Numbered from the stretch's first letter, positions 8,155-19,049 are shown. The stretch: DNA of 41,155 nucleotides from Betaproteobacteria bacterium (GCA_007280315.1 QYQC01000064.1:1-41155), one strand, 5' to 3'. The notes: generated by a model from the sequence alone, not told the origin. Program-made: numbers and translations.

Positions 8155-9543
8155 TCAATACCGACCCGGATCTGCATAATTTTCAAAGCGCGTGTATTCG
8201 CCGATGAAGGTCAGGTTGAGCATGCCGATGGGTCCGTTGCGCTGCTTGCCGATGATGATTTCGGCCTTGCCTTTGTCGGCGGACTCGGGATTGTAGACTT
8301 CGTCGCGGTAGATGAACAGGATCACGTCGGCATCCTGCTCGATCGCACCCGACTCGCGCAGATCGGACATCACCGGACGTTTGTTCGGCCGCTGCTCCAG
8401 CCCGCGATTCAGCTGTGACAGCGCCACCACCGGTACCTTCAGCTCTTTCGCCAGCGCCTTGAGCGAGCGCGAAATCTCCGAAATCTCGGTGGCGCGATTC
8501 TCGCCGGACGAAGTCGATGACATCAGCTGAAGATAATCGACCACCACCAGGCCGAGGCCGTCGTACTGGCGGTGCATGCGGCGCGCGCGCGCGCGCAACT
8601 CGAGGCAGTTCAACGCCGGCGTCTCGTCGATATGAATCGGCGCGTCGTGTACCTTGCCCACTGCGTCGGTAAGACGGCTCCAGTCCTCGTCGGTCAGGCG
8701 CCCGGTGCGCAGTTTCATCTGGTCCAGCCGCCCGACGGAACCGAGCATGCGCATCGCGAGCTGGGCGCCGCCCATTTCCATGCTGAACACCGCCACCGGC
8801 AGGCGGTCGTTCACCGCTACGTGCTCCGCGATATTGAGCGCGAACGCAGTCTTGCCCATGCTCGGACGCCCGGCGACGATGATCAGGTCGCCTTGCTGCA
8901 GTCCCGATGTTTTCTGATCCAGGTCGTTAAAGCCGGTGGCAATGCCGGTGATGTCCGACGGATTGTCGCGGTGATAGAGCATGTCGATGCGCTCCATCAC
9001 CTGCGCCAGAATCGGCTGTATCTCGACCAGTCCCTGGTGCCCGCGCGCGCCGGCCTCGGCGATTTCGAACACGCGCGATTCGGCTTCATCGAGCAGCTTG
9101 GCGACTTCCTTGCCCATCGGGTTCAACGCGGAGTCGGCGATGCCGGTGCCCACCTCGATCAACCGTCTCTGGATCGCGCGCTCACGCACGATTTCGGCGT
9201 AACGCCGGATGTTGTGCGCCGAGGGCGTGTTCTGCGCCAGCGCGCCGAGATAGGCAAGCCCGCCGGTCTTGTCCTTGTCCTCGCTCTGCTCTATCGATTC
9301 GAACACCGTGACCATGTCGGCTGGACGGTTTCTCTCCATCAGCTTGCCGATGTGCCGATAGATGCGACGATGGTCGTCGCGGTAGAAATTGCTTTCCGCG
9401 AGGATATCGGCGACGCGCTCCCACGCCTGGTTGTCGAGCAGCAAACCGCCCAGCACCGATTGCTCCGCTTCGATCGAATGCGGCGGCACCCTCAGTTGCA
9501 CCAACTGCGGGTCGTTCACGATTTGGGGGGTTGCCTGGGCCAT
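8155..9543 (-). CDS. dnaB: Replicative DNA helicase
   Basis: PPHSIEAEQSVLGGLL, AGRPSMGKT, VVVDYLQL, SDLRESGAIEQDAD, KQRNGP. Confidence 0.97.
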   Translation of the reverse strand: MAQATPQIVNDPQLVQLRVPPHSIEAEQSVLGGLLLDNQAWERVADILAESNFYRDDHRRIYRHIGKLMERNRPADMVTVFESIEQSEDKDKTGGLAYLGALAQNTPSAHNIRRYAEIVRERAIQRRLIEVGTGIADSALNPMGKEVAKLLDEAESRVFEIAEAGARGHQGLVEIQPILAQVMERIDMLYHRDNPSDITGIATGFNDLDQKTSGLQQGDLIIVAGRPSMGKTAFALNIAEHVAVNDRLPVAVFSMEMGGAQLAMRMLGSVGRLDQMKLRTGRLTDEDWSRLTDAVGKVHDAPIHIDETPALNCLELRARARRMHRQYDGLGLVVVDYLQLMSSTSSGENRATEISEISRSLKALAKELKVPVVALSQLNRGLEQRPNKRPVMSDLRESGAIEQDADVILFIYRDEVYNPESADKGKAEIIIGKQRNGPIGMLNLTFIGEYTRFENYADPGRY

Positions 9544-9583
9544 AGAGCGCGCTTTGCTGGAGTGCAAATTCTACTCCAAGATG

Positions 9584-9806
9584 TTCCTGCTTTTATTCAT
9601 AACTGTGTTTACTGCACAGATGCTTCTTATCCGTGCAGTAAACACAGTCGGTGCGCGGAGCGCGCAATGGCCGCAGGGCGAGATGGGCGCGCATAGCCGC
9701 ATAGGTCGAACCACGGCCTAAGAACTGGCGCGGACGGCGTCCCGTCCGCGCGTAATCGGCGATCTTGAATAAGAAAAGGCCGGATTACCGGCCTTTTCTT
9801 ATCAAG
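9584..9806 (-). repeat. Compound palindromic repeat locus 3 (truncated B, then A; minus orientation)
   Basis: A stem 9601-9649 with the reverse complement of TTGCGCGCTCCGCGCACC at 9650-9667; small B hairpin 9728-9751; 9754-9767 is the reverse complement of 8058-8071. Confidence 0.85.
9769..9802 (-). terminator. Intrinsic terminator after rplI, possibly bidirectional
   Basis: ATAAGAAAAGGCCGG-ATTA-CCGGCCTTTTCTTAT perfect inverted repeat with U-rich tails on both strands, 14 bp from the rplI stop. Confidence 0.8.
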
Positions 9807-9816
9807 AGCTTGCCGC

Positions 9817-10272
9817 TTATTCTGCAGCTTCGCCCAGCACCGAGACGGTAATGTGCACGACGACATCCGAATGCAGCCCGATGGCGATGGAACTGTCGCC
9901 GATCTGCTTTAACGGCCCCTCCGGCAGGCGGACGGCGGAACGCTCGACCTCGAAGCCCTGTGCCTGCAGCGCCTCGACGATATCGTGGATGGTGACCGAA
10001 CCGAACAGACGCCCGTCCACGCCGGTCTTGCGCGTGACCTGCACTGTCAGTCCGTCGATCTTGGTTCCAAGCTCCTTCGCCTGGCTTAGCGCGTCGTTTT
10101 GCGCCTTCTCCAACTCGCCGCGGCGCACCTCAAACGCGGCGAGGTTCTCGGGTGTGGCGCGTTTCGCCTTGCCGTGAGGGATCAGGAAATTGCGGGCGTA
10201 GCCCTCCTTGACCTTGACCACATCGCCCAGTCCGCCGAGGTTGACTACTTTTTCCAGCAGTATTATTTGCAT
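9817..10272 (-). CDS. rplI: 50S ribosomal protein L9
   Basis: [40 protein letters not shown]. Confidence 0.98.
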   Translation of the reverse strand: MQIILLEKVVNLGGLGDVVKVKEGYARNFLIPHGKAKRATPENLAAFEVRRGELEKAQNDALSQAKELGTKIDGLTVQVTRKTGVDGRLFGSVTIHDIVEALQAQGFEVERSAVRLPEGPLKQIGDSSIAIGLHSDVVVHITVSVLGEAAE

Positions 10273-10283
10273 GGCTCGGCTCC

Positions 10284-10580
10284 CTAGTGCAGGTCGGTGT
10301 AAGGCAGCAGCGCAAGATAGCGCGCACGCTTGATCGCCGTCGACAGCTGGCGCTGATAGCCGGCCTTGGTGCCGGTAATGCGCGCCGGAATGATTCTGCC
10401 GTTTTCGTTGATAAAGTCCTTGAGTATCTCAATATCCTTGTAATCGACCCACTCGATCTTCTCCGCCGTAAAGCGGCAAAACTTGCGCCGCTTGAATAGC
10501 TGGCGCCCGCCTTTCTTGTCGTCTTTCTTGTCGTTGCGGCCCTTGCCCTTGCCTTTGGCCCCTCGTCTTGGTGGTGGCAT
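10284..10580 (-). CDS. rpsR: 30S ribosomal protein S18
   Basis: [41 protein letters not shown]. Confidence 0.97.
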   Translation of the reverse strand: MPPPRRGAKGKGKGRNDKKDDKKGGRQLFKRRKFCRFTAEKIEWVDYKDIEILKDFINENGRIIPARITGTKAGYQRQLSTAIKRARYLALLPYTDLH

Positions 10581-10581
10581 G

Positions 10582-10884
10582 TCAAACTCCTTCTACGAAT
10601 TCAATGTTGGTTGCGTGTAAAACCAGTTTCTTGCTGTCGCGGCTCCTGCCCGCCAGGAACCCGGTGACCTTCACCTGCATTCCAAGCCTGGCTGCCGCCA
10701 TCAGGCGCGCTTCGCGGTCGAAGGCCAGACCGGCCACTTCGCACTGAACCGAGCGCGAGTGACCGGCTTCGATCTGCTCGGAAGCGTGGCTGAGCCTGAA
10801 ATTGACTACCGCAATTCCGGCAGGCGTATGGCGCAGCGCGTCGAGCTCGATCAAATTGCCGGACAGCACGAACTGATTGTCCAA
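10582..10884 (-). CDS. priB: Primosomal replication protein N
   Basis: TTG start; LRHTPAGI, H-x-S-x-Q-x-EAG, GFL..LVLH; lies between rpsF and rpsR. Confidence 0.92.
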   Translation of the reverse strand: MDNQFVLSGNLIELDALRHTPAGIAVVNFRLSHASEQIEAGHSRSVQCEVAGLAFDREARLMAAARLGMQVKVTGFLAGRSRDSKKLVLHATNIEFVEGV

Positions 10885-10889
10885 TATGC

Positions 10890-11306
10890 TCAGGCAGCAG
10901 CGGCGGTCGTTGGTGCTGCAGCCGCTTCAGCCGGAATGGGCGTCTCGGCCGCCCTCGGCGCGTCGCCGTTCAGCACCGAGCGCGATTTTTCCTCTTTCAT
11001 CATCGGCGAGGGCGCGGTAACCGCCGCCTTCATCTGTACGGTGAGATGGCGCAGCACGGCGTCGTTGAATTTGAACGAGTGCTCGAGTTCGTCCAGCGTT
11101 TCCTGGTCGCACTCGATGTTCATCAGCACGTAATGCGCTTTGTGCATCTTGGCGATGGGGAAGGTCATCTGGCGCCGGCCCCAGTCTTCGAGGCGGTGTA
11201 TCGTGCCTTTGCGGCCGGTGATGGTGGCGCGGTAACGCTCGATCATCGCGGGCACCTGCTCGCTCTGATCGGGATGGACAATAAATACGATTTCGTAGTG
11301 TCGCAT
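10890..11306 (-). CDS. rpsF: 30S ribosomal protein S6
   Basis: [36 protein letters not shown]; AAGGAG RBS upstream of 11306. Confidence 0.97.
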   Translation of the reverse strand: MRHYEIVFIVHPDQSEQVPAMIERYRATITGRKGTIHRLEDWGRRQMTFPIAKMHKAHYVLMNIECDQETLDELEHSFKFNDAVLRHLTVQMKAAVTAPSPMMKEEKSRSVLNGDAPRAAETPIPAEAAAAPTTAAAA

Positions 11307-11312
11307 GCGCAT

Positions 11313-11358
11313 CTCCTTGTGGGTTAAGCCTCCCGTCATGCGCTGCGGTGAGGCAAGG
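11313..11358 (-). promoter_or_regulatory. S6:S18-binding rpsF leader (autoregulatory RNA)
   Basis: Minus strand CCTTGCCTC-accgcagcgcatgacgg-GAGGCTTAACCCACAAGGAG: CCTT pairs with the SD, inner GCCTC/GAGGC stem, CCC loop motif as in the known rpsF leader. Confidence 0.75.
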
Positions 11359-11400
11359 TCGGCCGGATCAAATGAACCGGCAATCGTCTAAAAGCGCGTG

Positions 11401-11430
11401 ATTATAAAGGGAAAGCACCCCTCAAGGCAA
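11401..11430 (-). promoter_or_regulatory. Sigma70 promoter of the rpsF operon
   Basis: TTGCCT-18bp-TATAAT followed by GC-rich discriminator CACGCGC. Confidence 0.6.
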
Positions 11431-11453
11431 ATATTTTTCAGTCCGTACGCGCG

Positions 11454-12197
11454 TCAACTCCCGCTCGAGCGCCGGCGCCGCGCTTCGAACAGGACGATCC
11501 CGCTCGCCACCGATACATTGAGGCTTTCGACCAGTCCCAGCATGGGAATTTTCACCAGCTGGTCACAGGTTTCGCGCGTCAGGCGCCGCATGCCCTCGCC
11601 TTCGGCGCCCAGCACCCAGGCCAGGGCAACGGGCAATTCGGCCGCGTACAGCGCTTCATTCGCCTCCGAGTCCGCGCCTACGACCCAGATGCTGCGCTCC
11701 TTCAGTTCGCGCAGGGTGCGCGCAAGATTGGTGACCGCGATATAGGGCACGCTGTCTGCAGCACCGCTCGCCACCTTGATCACTGCCGCCGACAAGCCCA
11801 CGGCGCGGTCCTTGGGTGCGATCACTGCGTGGCATCCGGCGGCGTCGGCAACGCGCAGGCAGGCGCCCAGGTTGTGCGGATCCTGCACGCCGTCGAGCAC
11901 CAGCAGCAGGGGCGGCTCCTTCAGATCGTCGAGCAGGTCATCGAGTGCGACCTGCCGCCGAAGCGCGTCCACCCGCGCCACCACGCCCTGGTGTCTTCCG
12001 GGCGGCGCCATGCCGTCCAGGCGCCTTGCGTCCACCTGCAGCACGCGCAGCTGCAGGCCTTCGGCGAGTTTCACCAGATCACGCATGCGCGGGTCGGCGC
12101 GTGCATTGTCGCAATACAGCTCGTGCACGCTTTTCGCGCCCAGTCGCAGGCGCGCGGTAATTGCGTGAAAGCCGTGAATGAAACTGGTGCTGCTCAA
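11454..12197 (-). CDS. rlmB: 23S rRNA Gm2251 methyltransferase
   Basis: HQGVVA, LDGVQDPHNLGACLR, GAEGEGMRRLTRETCD, ESLNVSVASG (SPOUT fold). Confidence 0.95.
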   Translation of the reverse strand: MSSTSFIHGFHAITARLRLGAKSVHELYCDNARADPRMRDLVKLAEGLQLRVLQVDARRLDGMAPPGRHQGVVARVDALRRQVALDDLLDDLKEPPLLLVLDGVQDPHNLGACLRVADAAGCHAVIAPKDRAVGLSAAVIKVASGAADSVPYIAVTNLARTLRELKERSIWVVGADSEANEALYAAELPVALAWVLGAEGEGMRRLTRETCDQLVKIPMLGLVESLNVSVASGIVLFEARRRRSSGS

Positions 12198-12200
12198 GGC

Positions 12201-14504
12201 TCAGCCCTTCTTCTTTTTCGGCGAACTGTCTTCGGCAAGCCGGAAATCGATTTTGCTCGAATCCAGATCCACGCGTACCAGCTTTACTTTCACCCGGTCG
12301 GCGAGGCGAAAACGCCGCGCGGTTCGCTCGCCCAACAGCTGATGCCTGGCGGCGTCGAAATGATAGTAGTCCTCGCCCAGTTCGGAGATATGCACCAGGC
12401 CTTCGACGTAGACGTCGTCCAGGGCGACGAATATGCCGAATCCGGTGACTGCGCTGATCGAGCCCGGAAATTCCTCGCCGATGCGATCCTGCATGTAATA
12501 GCACTTGAGCCATGACTCGACATCGCGCGTCGCTTCGTCGGCGCGACGCTCGGTCATGGAACACTGCGCGCCGAGTTCCTCCCAGTTGCCGGGACTGTAG
12601 CTTTTTCCAGCGAGCACGGCATTGATCGCTCGATGCACCACCAGGTCAGGATAGCGCCGTATGGGCGAAGTGAAATGGGTATAAGCCTCGTAGGCAAGGC
12701 CGAAGTGGCCGACGTTGTCCGGGCTGTACTGCGCCTGTTTCAGCGATCTGAGCAATACCGTCTGCAGCAGCTGAATATCCGGACGACCCTTGATGCCGGT
12801 GAGCAGTTTCGCGTAATCCTTCGCGTGCGGCGCATCACCGCCGCCGAGGTCCAGGCCAAACTGCTTCAGGAATATTCTCAGCGCCTCCAGTTTCTCCGGC
12901 GTCGGGCCCTGATGCACGCGGTAAAGCGCCGGGTGCTTGCGGCTATGAAGGAAATCGGATGCACAGACGTTGGCCGCGAGCATGCATTCCTCGATCAGTC
13001 GGTGCGCATCATTGCGCTGCGTCTGCACGATGTTCTCGATCTTGCCCTGCGCGTCGAACAGCATCTGCGTTTCGACGGTCTCGAAATCGATGGCGCCGCG
13101 CTGTTCCCGCGCCTTCGCCAGAACCTTGTACAGCGCGTACAAATCCTGCAGCTGCGGCACCAGGTGCGCCGGCACCGGTTCGCCCTGCGCCGGCTGCAGA
13201 CCGAGCGCAGCCGCAACGCGGTTGTAGGTCAACCGTGCCTGCGAGCGCATCACCGCGGCTACGAATCGATAGGGTCCGATCTCGCCCTGCGCGTCGACGC
13301 TGATCTCGCACACCATGCACAGGCGGTCGACGTTGGCGTTGAGCGAGCACAGGCCGTTGGAGAGTTTCTCCGGCAGCATCGGAATCACGCGGCGCGGAAA
13401 GTACACCGAATTGCCGCGTTCGCGCGCCGCCAGGTCAAGCGCGTCACCGGGACGCACGTAGTGGCTGACGTCGGCGATTGCCACCCACAGGCGAAAGCCC
13501 CTGCCCTCGCGCTTGCAGTACACCGCGTCATCGAAATCGCGCGCCGTCTCGCCGTCTATGGTCACCAGCGGCAGCGCGCGCAGGTCTTCACGCCCCTTCG
13601 CGTCGTTAGGACGCACCTCATCCGGCAACTTTTCCGCCAGGCGCATTTCCGCGCCCGTGAATTCGTGCGGCAATTCGTGCTTGCGCAGCGCGATCTCGAT
13701 TTCCATGCCCGCATCGGCGTAGTTGCCCAGCACTTCGACGATGCGTCCCGCCGGCTGCGCATTCTTGTCCGGCTGGGCCACGATTTCCACGGTCACCACC
13801 TGTCCAGGCTTCGCTCCCATTTCCGCGCCGGGCGGGATCAGAATATCCTGGCTGATGCGCCGGTTCTCGGCGGCGACGAAGGCGACGCCGTGCGGCTTGT
13901 GCAGCCGTCCTACCAGGCGCGTATTGGCGCGGGAGATGATTTCGACAATGGCGCCCTCGGGCCGCCCGCGCCGATCGACGCCGCTGGTGCGCGCCATGAC
14001 GCGGTCGCCATGCAGTACCTTGCGCATCTCCTTTTCGGAGAGAAACATGTCCGGCCCGGTTTCGTCCGGCACAAGAAAACCGTAGCCGTCAGGATGGCCC
14101 TCCACCCGACCGGCAACGAGGTCGAGTTTGCCCGCCACCAGAATCGCATCCTTGCGGTTGCGCATGATCTGGCCTTCACGCTCCATCGCGCGCAAGCGCC
14201 GGCGAAAGCTGTCCGATTCAGCCGGCTCGATATGCAACAGCTGGCACAGAAGTTCCTCCTGTACCGGAATGCCTTCCTTGGCCAGCGTAGACAGAATCAG
14301 CTCGCGGCTGGGAAGCGGATTGTCATAACGCTCGGCTTCGCGCGCGTAGTGCGGATCCTGCGCGCGCGCCGCTGGCGCGGCGCCGCCGGCGCGCGATTTT
14401 CGGCCGGGCGCGACGAGAACACCCGCATCGCGCGCCGCACGCGCGTTTGGATCGCGCGCGGTGCGCGCGATGGGCTTGCGTTTCGGAGGCTTCTGCGTTG
14501 ACAA
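12201..14504 (-). CDS. rnr: Ribonuclease R
   Basis: TIDGETARDFDDAV, AIADVSHYV, HFGLAYEAYTHFTSPIRRYPDL, C-terminal S1 domain; start codon uncertain (TTG). Confidence 0.95.
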   Translation of the reverse strand: MSTQKPPKRKPIARTARDPNARAARDAGVLVAPGRKSRAGGAAPAARAQDPHYAREAERYDNPLPSRELILSTLAKEGIPVQEELLCQLLHIEPAESDSFRRRLRAMEREGQIMRNRKDAILVAGKLDLVAGRVEGHPDGYGFLVPDETGPDMFLSEKEMRKVLHGDRVMARTSGVDRRGRPEGAIVEIISRANTRLVGRLHKPHGVAFVAAENRRISQDILIPPGAEMGAKPGQVVTVEIVAQPDKNAQPAGRIVEVLGNYADAGMEIEIALRKHELPHEFTGAEMRLAEKLPDEVRPNDAKGREDLRALPLVTIDGETARDFDDAVYCKREGRGFRLWVAIADVSHYVRPGDALDLAARERGNSVYFPRRVIPMLPEKLSNGLCSLNANVDRLCMVCEISVDAQGEIGPYRFVAAVMRSQARLTYNRVAAALGLQPAQGEPVPAHLVPQLQDLYALYKVLAKAREQRGAIDFETVETQMLFDAQGKIENIVQTQRNDAHRLIEECMLAANVCASDFLHSRKHPALYRVHQGPTPEKLEALRIFLKQFGLDLGGGDAPHAKDYAKLLTGIKGRPDIQLLQTVLLRSLKQAQYSPDNVGHFGLAYEAYTHFTSPIRRYPDLVVHRAINAVLAGKSYSPGNWEELGAQCSMTERRADEATRDVESWLKCYYMQDRIGEEFPGSISAVTGFGIFVALDDVYVEGLVHISELGEDYYHFDAARHQLLGERTARRFRLADRVKVKLVRVDLDSSKIDFRLAEDSSPKKKKG

Positions 14505-14525
14505 AATTCTTGATTCCTATAGAAT
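14498..14525 (+). promoter_or_regulatory. Sigma70 promoter of tRNA-Leu
   Basis: TTGACA (14498-14503), 16 bp, TAGAAT (14520-14525), then GC-rich discriminator GCGCACC. Confidence 0.8.
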
Positions 14526-14537
14526 TGCGCACCTTGT

Positions 14538-14624
14538 GCCGAGGTGGCGGAATTGGTAGACGCACATGGTTCAGGTCCATGCGGTGGCAACACTGTGGGG
14601 GTTCGAGTCCCTTCCTCGGCACCA
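14538..14624 (+). tRNA. tRNA-Leu(CAG)
   Basis: Acceptor GCCGAGG/CCTCGGC, anticodon arm CATGG-TTCAGGT-CCATG, long variable arm, TTCGAGT T-loop, encoded CCA. Confidence 0.96.
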
Positions 14625-14906
14625 GATCACAAACGGTAGGATTTTAGCTTACCGCTCACGAAACTGCTTCCCACACTGCGGGCCGACGCGACGATTCGAT
14701 CGTTGGTCTGCCGCAATAATCGGTCGACTGGTTTGCGCTCGATGGGGAGAGCCCGACACTGCTTGGCTCACGGGGCTGGATCTGCACCTGAGCCACTGCT
14801 CGGGTGGCGCAGAATAGCACATTCGACCCGATAACGGGGCCGCAGTCCTGTTGAAGGTCGTCAAAAGCTGCTCCACCTGATCATTGTGTTGATAGCTACA
14901 TAGGAA

Positions 14907-15491
14907 ATGACGATGAAACTGACAATCGAGCGTACCTACACTTTCGTCGAGGATCACCTGTTCGAAGCGGGCAAGAGAGCCGATCCGCCGCTGCGCAAAG
15001 TGGCCGCGGTGGTTGTGTTGAAGAACCCCTATGCGCGACGTTACGTGAAAAACCTGGGCCCGCTGATCGCGGCCAGCGCTGCGCTCGGCCGCGCACTTGC
15101 ATTGCAGGCTGGCGCGGCGCTGGCGCCCTATTCCGCGCAAAGCCTCGGGAAGGCGGCGCTGGTCGGGATTTCGGGCGAGCAGGAGCACGCAAATGCGCTG
15201 CTAACCAACATCTTTGCCGAGCCGCTGCGCGAGATACTCGGCGGCGGCAAGGCATGGATCTCCTCCATGACCAAAGTCGCCATGGCCGGAACGCAAGTCG
15301 ATGTGCCGATGAATTGCAAGGACGCGCTCTATGTGCGTTCGCATTACGATGGAATGACGCTGACTTTGCCCGACGCGCCGATGCCGGACGAAATCGCGGT
15401 CATCCTTTGCGTCGCAAACCGTGGCCGGTTGAATGCGCGCGTCGGCGGCCTGCGTCACGACCAGTTGAAAGGCGACAACGGGCTGGTCTGA
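14907..15491 (+). CDS. 'Amino acid synthesis' family protein (AA_synth-like, function unknown)
   Basis: VVLKNPYA, GKAALVG..GEQEHA, RSHYD, DAPMPDEI, RLNARVGGL family motifs; start 14907 or 14913. Confidence 0.75.
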   Translation: MTMKLTIERTYTFVEDHLFEAGKRADPPLRKVAAVVVLKNPYARRYVKNLGPLIAASAALGRALALQAGAALAPYSAQSLGKAALVGISGEQEHANALLTNIFAEPLREILGGGKAWISSMTKVAMAGTQVDVPMNCKDALYVRSHYDGMTLTLPDAPMPDEIAVILCVANRGRLNARVGGLRHDQLKGDNGLV

Positions 15492-15576
15492 TCGACGCAA
15501 CGGCTGCGGACTGGGCAGCGCCGCACGCGCGGCGCCGCACTCTCCGGTGACGAGCACATTCGTTGACGCCGACGGT

Positions 15577-16344
15577 TCAGCGATCCCTGAACCGGGCCTT
15601 GCGCTTTTCCATGAAGGCGTTCATGCCTTCGACCGCATCCTCGGTCTGAAATGCAAGCGTGTTCAAGTCCGCCTCGATCTTCAGTCCTTCGTGCAAAGGC
15701 ACTTCGAGCGCGCGTTTGACCGCGTCGCGCGCCAGGCGCAGCGCCGGCAGTCCGAAAGCGCTGAATTCGCGCGCGTAGGAGACAGCGGCTTCGATTGGGT
15801 CGCCTGCAATGAGGCGATGTACCAGCCCGATGCGCAGCGCCTCCTCCGCATCGACCGTGCGTCCGCTCAGAATCATTTCCAGGGCGCGCGCTTCTCCCAC
15901 GGCACGCGGCAGCCGTTGCGTTCCGCCGTATCCCGGGATCAGCCCCAGTTTGATTTCCGGCAGTCCCATCTTCGCCGTGGAAACGGCAATGCGAAAAGTG
16001 CAGGCGAGCGCGAGCTCGAGCCCGCCGCCAAAGGCGTAGCCGTTGATGGCCGCGATCGAAGGCATGGGCAGGGTATCGAGCTTTGCGAGGACCGACTGGC
16101 CGAACGCGGCATCGCCCCTCTGCGCCGACAGGCTGCGGCCGGTCAGCCCCTTGATGTCCGCGCCGGCGCAGAACGCCTTCGCCCCTGCGCCGGTCACGAT
16201 CAACGCCCGCGCATCGCCGCCGGCAACCTGATCGAACGCCTGCGCCAGTTCGCGCAGCACGTCGGAGGACAGTGCGTTCAGCGCTTGCTGCCGGTCCAGC
16301 GTAACCACCGCAAATTCTTCCCGCCGCGTCAGATGCACGTTCAT
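15577..16344 (-). CDS. Enoyl-CoA hydratase/isomerase (crotonase)
   Basis: [46 protein letters not shown]. Confidence 0.92.
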   Translation of the reverse strand: MNVHLTRREEFAVVTLDRQQALNALSSDVLRELAQAFDQVAGGDARALIVTGAGAKAFCAGADIKGLTGRSLSAQRGDAAFGQSVLAKLDTLPMPSIAAINGYAFGGGLELALACTFRIAVSTAKMGLPEIKLGLIPGYGGTQRLPRAVGEARALEMILSGRTVDAEEALRIGLVHRLIAGDPIEAAVSYAREFSAFGLPALRLARDAVKRALEVPLHEGLKIEADLNTLAFQTEDAVEGMNAFMEKRKARFRDR

Positions 16345-16415
16345 GCTGGTCTCCTAAGCCGGACACCCTGGAATGTGACTGGCCGGCGCGCCCTGCCGTC
16401 CTGCCTTTCCCGTTG

Positions 16416-17729
<1,314 letters not shown>

Positions 17730-17820
17730 TTACGGTTGCTGCCAGCGACGGCGAAATCTGCGCCACCTACCGATCCATCGCATCGGTTTCGTGCGCGCGT
17801 TCCAGCAGCTGTTCGCGGCT

Positions 17821-18966
17821 TCAAATATTTCTGACCTGCCATTTTGCCTTCTGTTTCACCAGTTCACGCGTACAACGCGCCTCATCGTCTGCGCTCTCGT
17901 GACCCGGCAGATCCTGAATCACCACTTCGCCCGCCGCACGCAGCGTTGCCATCGCGATTTCGAGCGCGGGGTCAGTACTGCGCGGCGCGCGGATCCAGCC
18001 GGGCGCGGGCGGCTCTGGCGACAGACGTGCCAGTTGCAGCAGGTAGAGCGTGAAGCCGGTGGCCGGCCGCGCACGCCCGAACGCCTTGCCCACGCCATCA
18101 TAGCGCCCACCGAGCGCAATTGCGTTGGGCAGCAGCGAGCAGTATGCGGCGAAAACGACGCCGCTGTGGTAGTGATAGCCGCGCAAATCGGCGAGATCGA
18201 TGCTCACCGGAACTTCGTCCATCGCAGTCAGGTGTTCGAGATCGGCAAGAGCGCGGGTGATTTCGGCATATCTAGGCAGAGCGCGCCGCGCACGCGCGAT
18301 CACCTCGCGGCCGCCATACAACTCGGGCAGAAGCAGAATCGCGCCGCGCGTGGTCTTGTCCAGGTTCTTCGTCAATACACGCAGTGCCGAGGCGTCCTTT
18401 GCCTGAAGCGCGGAGAACAACTCGGCTTCCGTCCCGGACTCAACGCCGCTGCGCCGCGCCAGCGCGCGAAACACTGCGACATGGCCGATGTTCAGGCGCA
18501 CGTCGGGCAGATTGCACAGTTTCAACGCCCGCTCCAGCAACCGCTGTATCTCCAGGTCGCTCTCGATGCCCGCATGTCCGTAGACCTCGGCGCCGATTTG
18601 CAGCGGCTCGCGCGTCGAAGTCAGTCCCGCGGGGAGGGTGTGCAGCACCGAGCCACAATAACAAAGCCGGGTAACGCCATCTCGATTGAGCAGATGCGCG
18701 TCGATACGCGCCACCTGCGGCGTGATGTCGGCTCGAACGCCCATGGTGCGCCCGGATAATTGATCCACCAGCTTGAACGTGCGCAGGTCCATGTCGTGGC
18801 CGGTGCCGGTCAGCAGTGACTCGGTGTATTCGAGCAAGGGCGGCATGACCAGTTCGTAGCCATGCACACGGAACAGTTCCAGCAAATTCGCGCGCAACAA
18901 CTCTATCCGGCGCGCCTCCGGCGGCAGGATATCCTCGATATATTCCGGGAGTACCCAGTTACGCAT
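17821..18966 (-). CDS. hisZ: ATP phosphoribosyltransferase regulatory subunit
   Basis: [37 protein letters not shown]; upstream of purA. Confidence 0.95.
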   Translation of the reverse strand: MRNWVLPEYIEDILPPEARRIELLRANLLELFRVHGYELVMPPLLEYTESLLTGTGHDMDLRTFKLVDQLSGRTMGVRADITPQVARIDAHLLNRDGVTRLCYCGSVLHTLPAGLTSTREPLQIGAEVYGHAGIESDLEIQRLLERALKLCNLPDVRLNIGHVAVFRALARRSGVESGTEAELFSALQAKDASALRVLTKNLDKTTRGAILLLPELYGGREVIARARRALPRYAEITRALADLEHLTAMDEVPVSIDLADLRGYHYHSGVVFAAYCSLLPNAIALGGRYDGVGKAFGRARPATGFTLYLLQLARLSPEPPAPGWIRAPRSTDPALEIAMATLRAAGEVVIQDLPGHESADDEARCTRELVKQKAKWQVRNI

Positions 18967-19049
18967 GAACCGTGGCGGCGCTTAAGAACCGGGCGGCAGG
19001 CAGACTCGTCCATGCCCGGAACGCAACTTCGCTTCTCAAGCTCTGCTCC

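Noticed and set aside
3559-8207. Similar small ORFs containing RGRRPVRAD or RANRVF (3559-3870, 3821-4165, 7764-8207, 7866-8138)
   Set aside because: They are translations of the DNA repeat units, several overlap real genes, and they show no recognisable protein features
10503-10580. Lys/Gly-rich N-terminal extension of S18
   Set aside because: Variable basic extensions are common in betaproteobacterial S18
12633-14501. Long antisense ORFs opposite rnr, and likewise opposite dnaB, hisZ, der, the AbfD-like gene and the cytochrome (40217-41131)
   Set aside because: Typical antisense shadows of GC-biased coding sequence with no recognisable domains
14538-16344. Integrative element at tRNA-Leu
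   Set aside because: No integrase and no duplicate of the tRNA 3' end found by eye in the window
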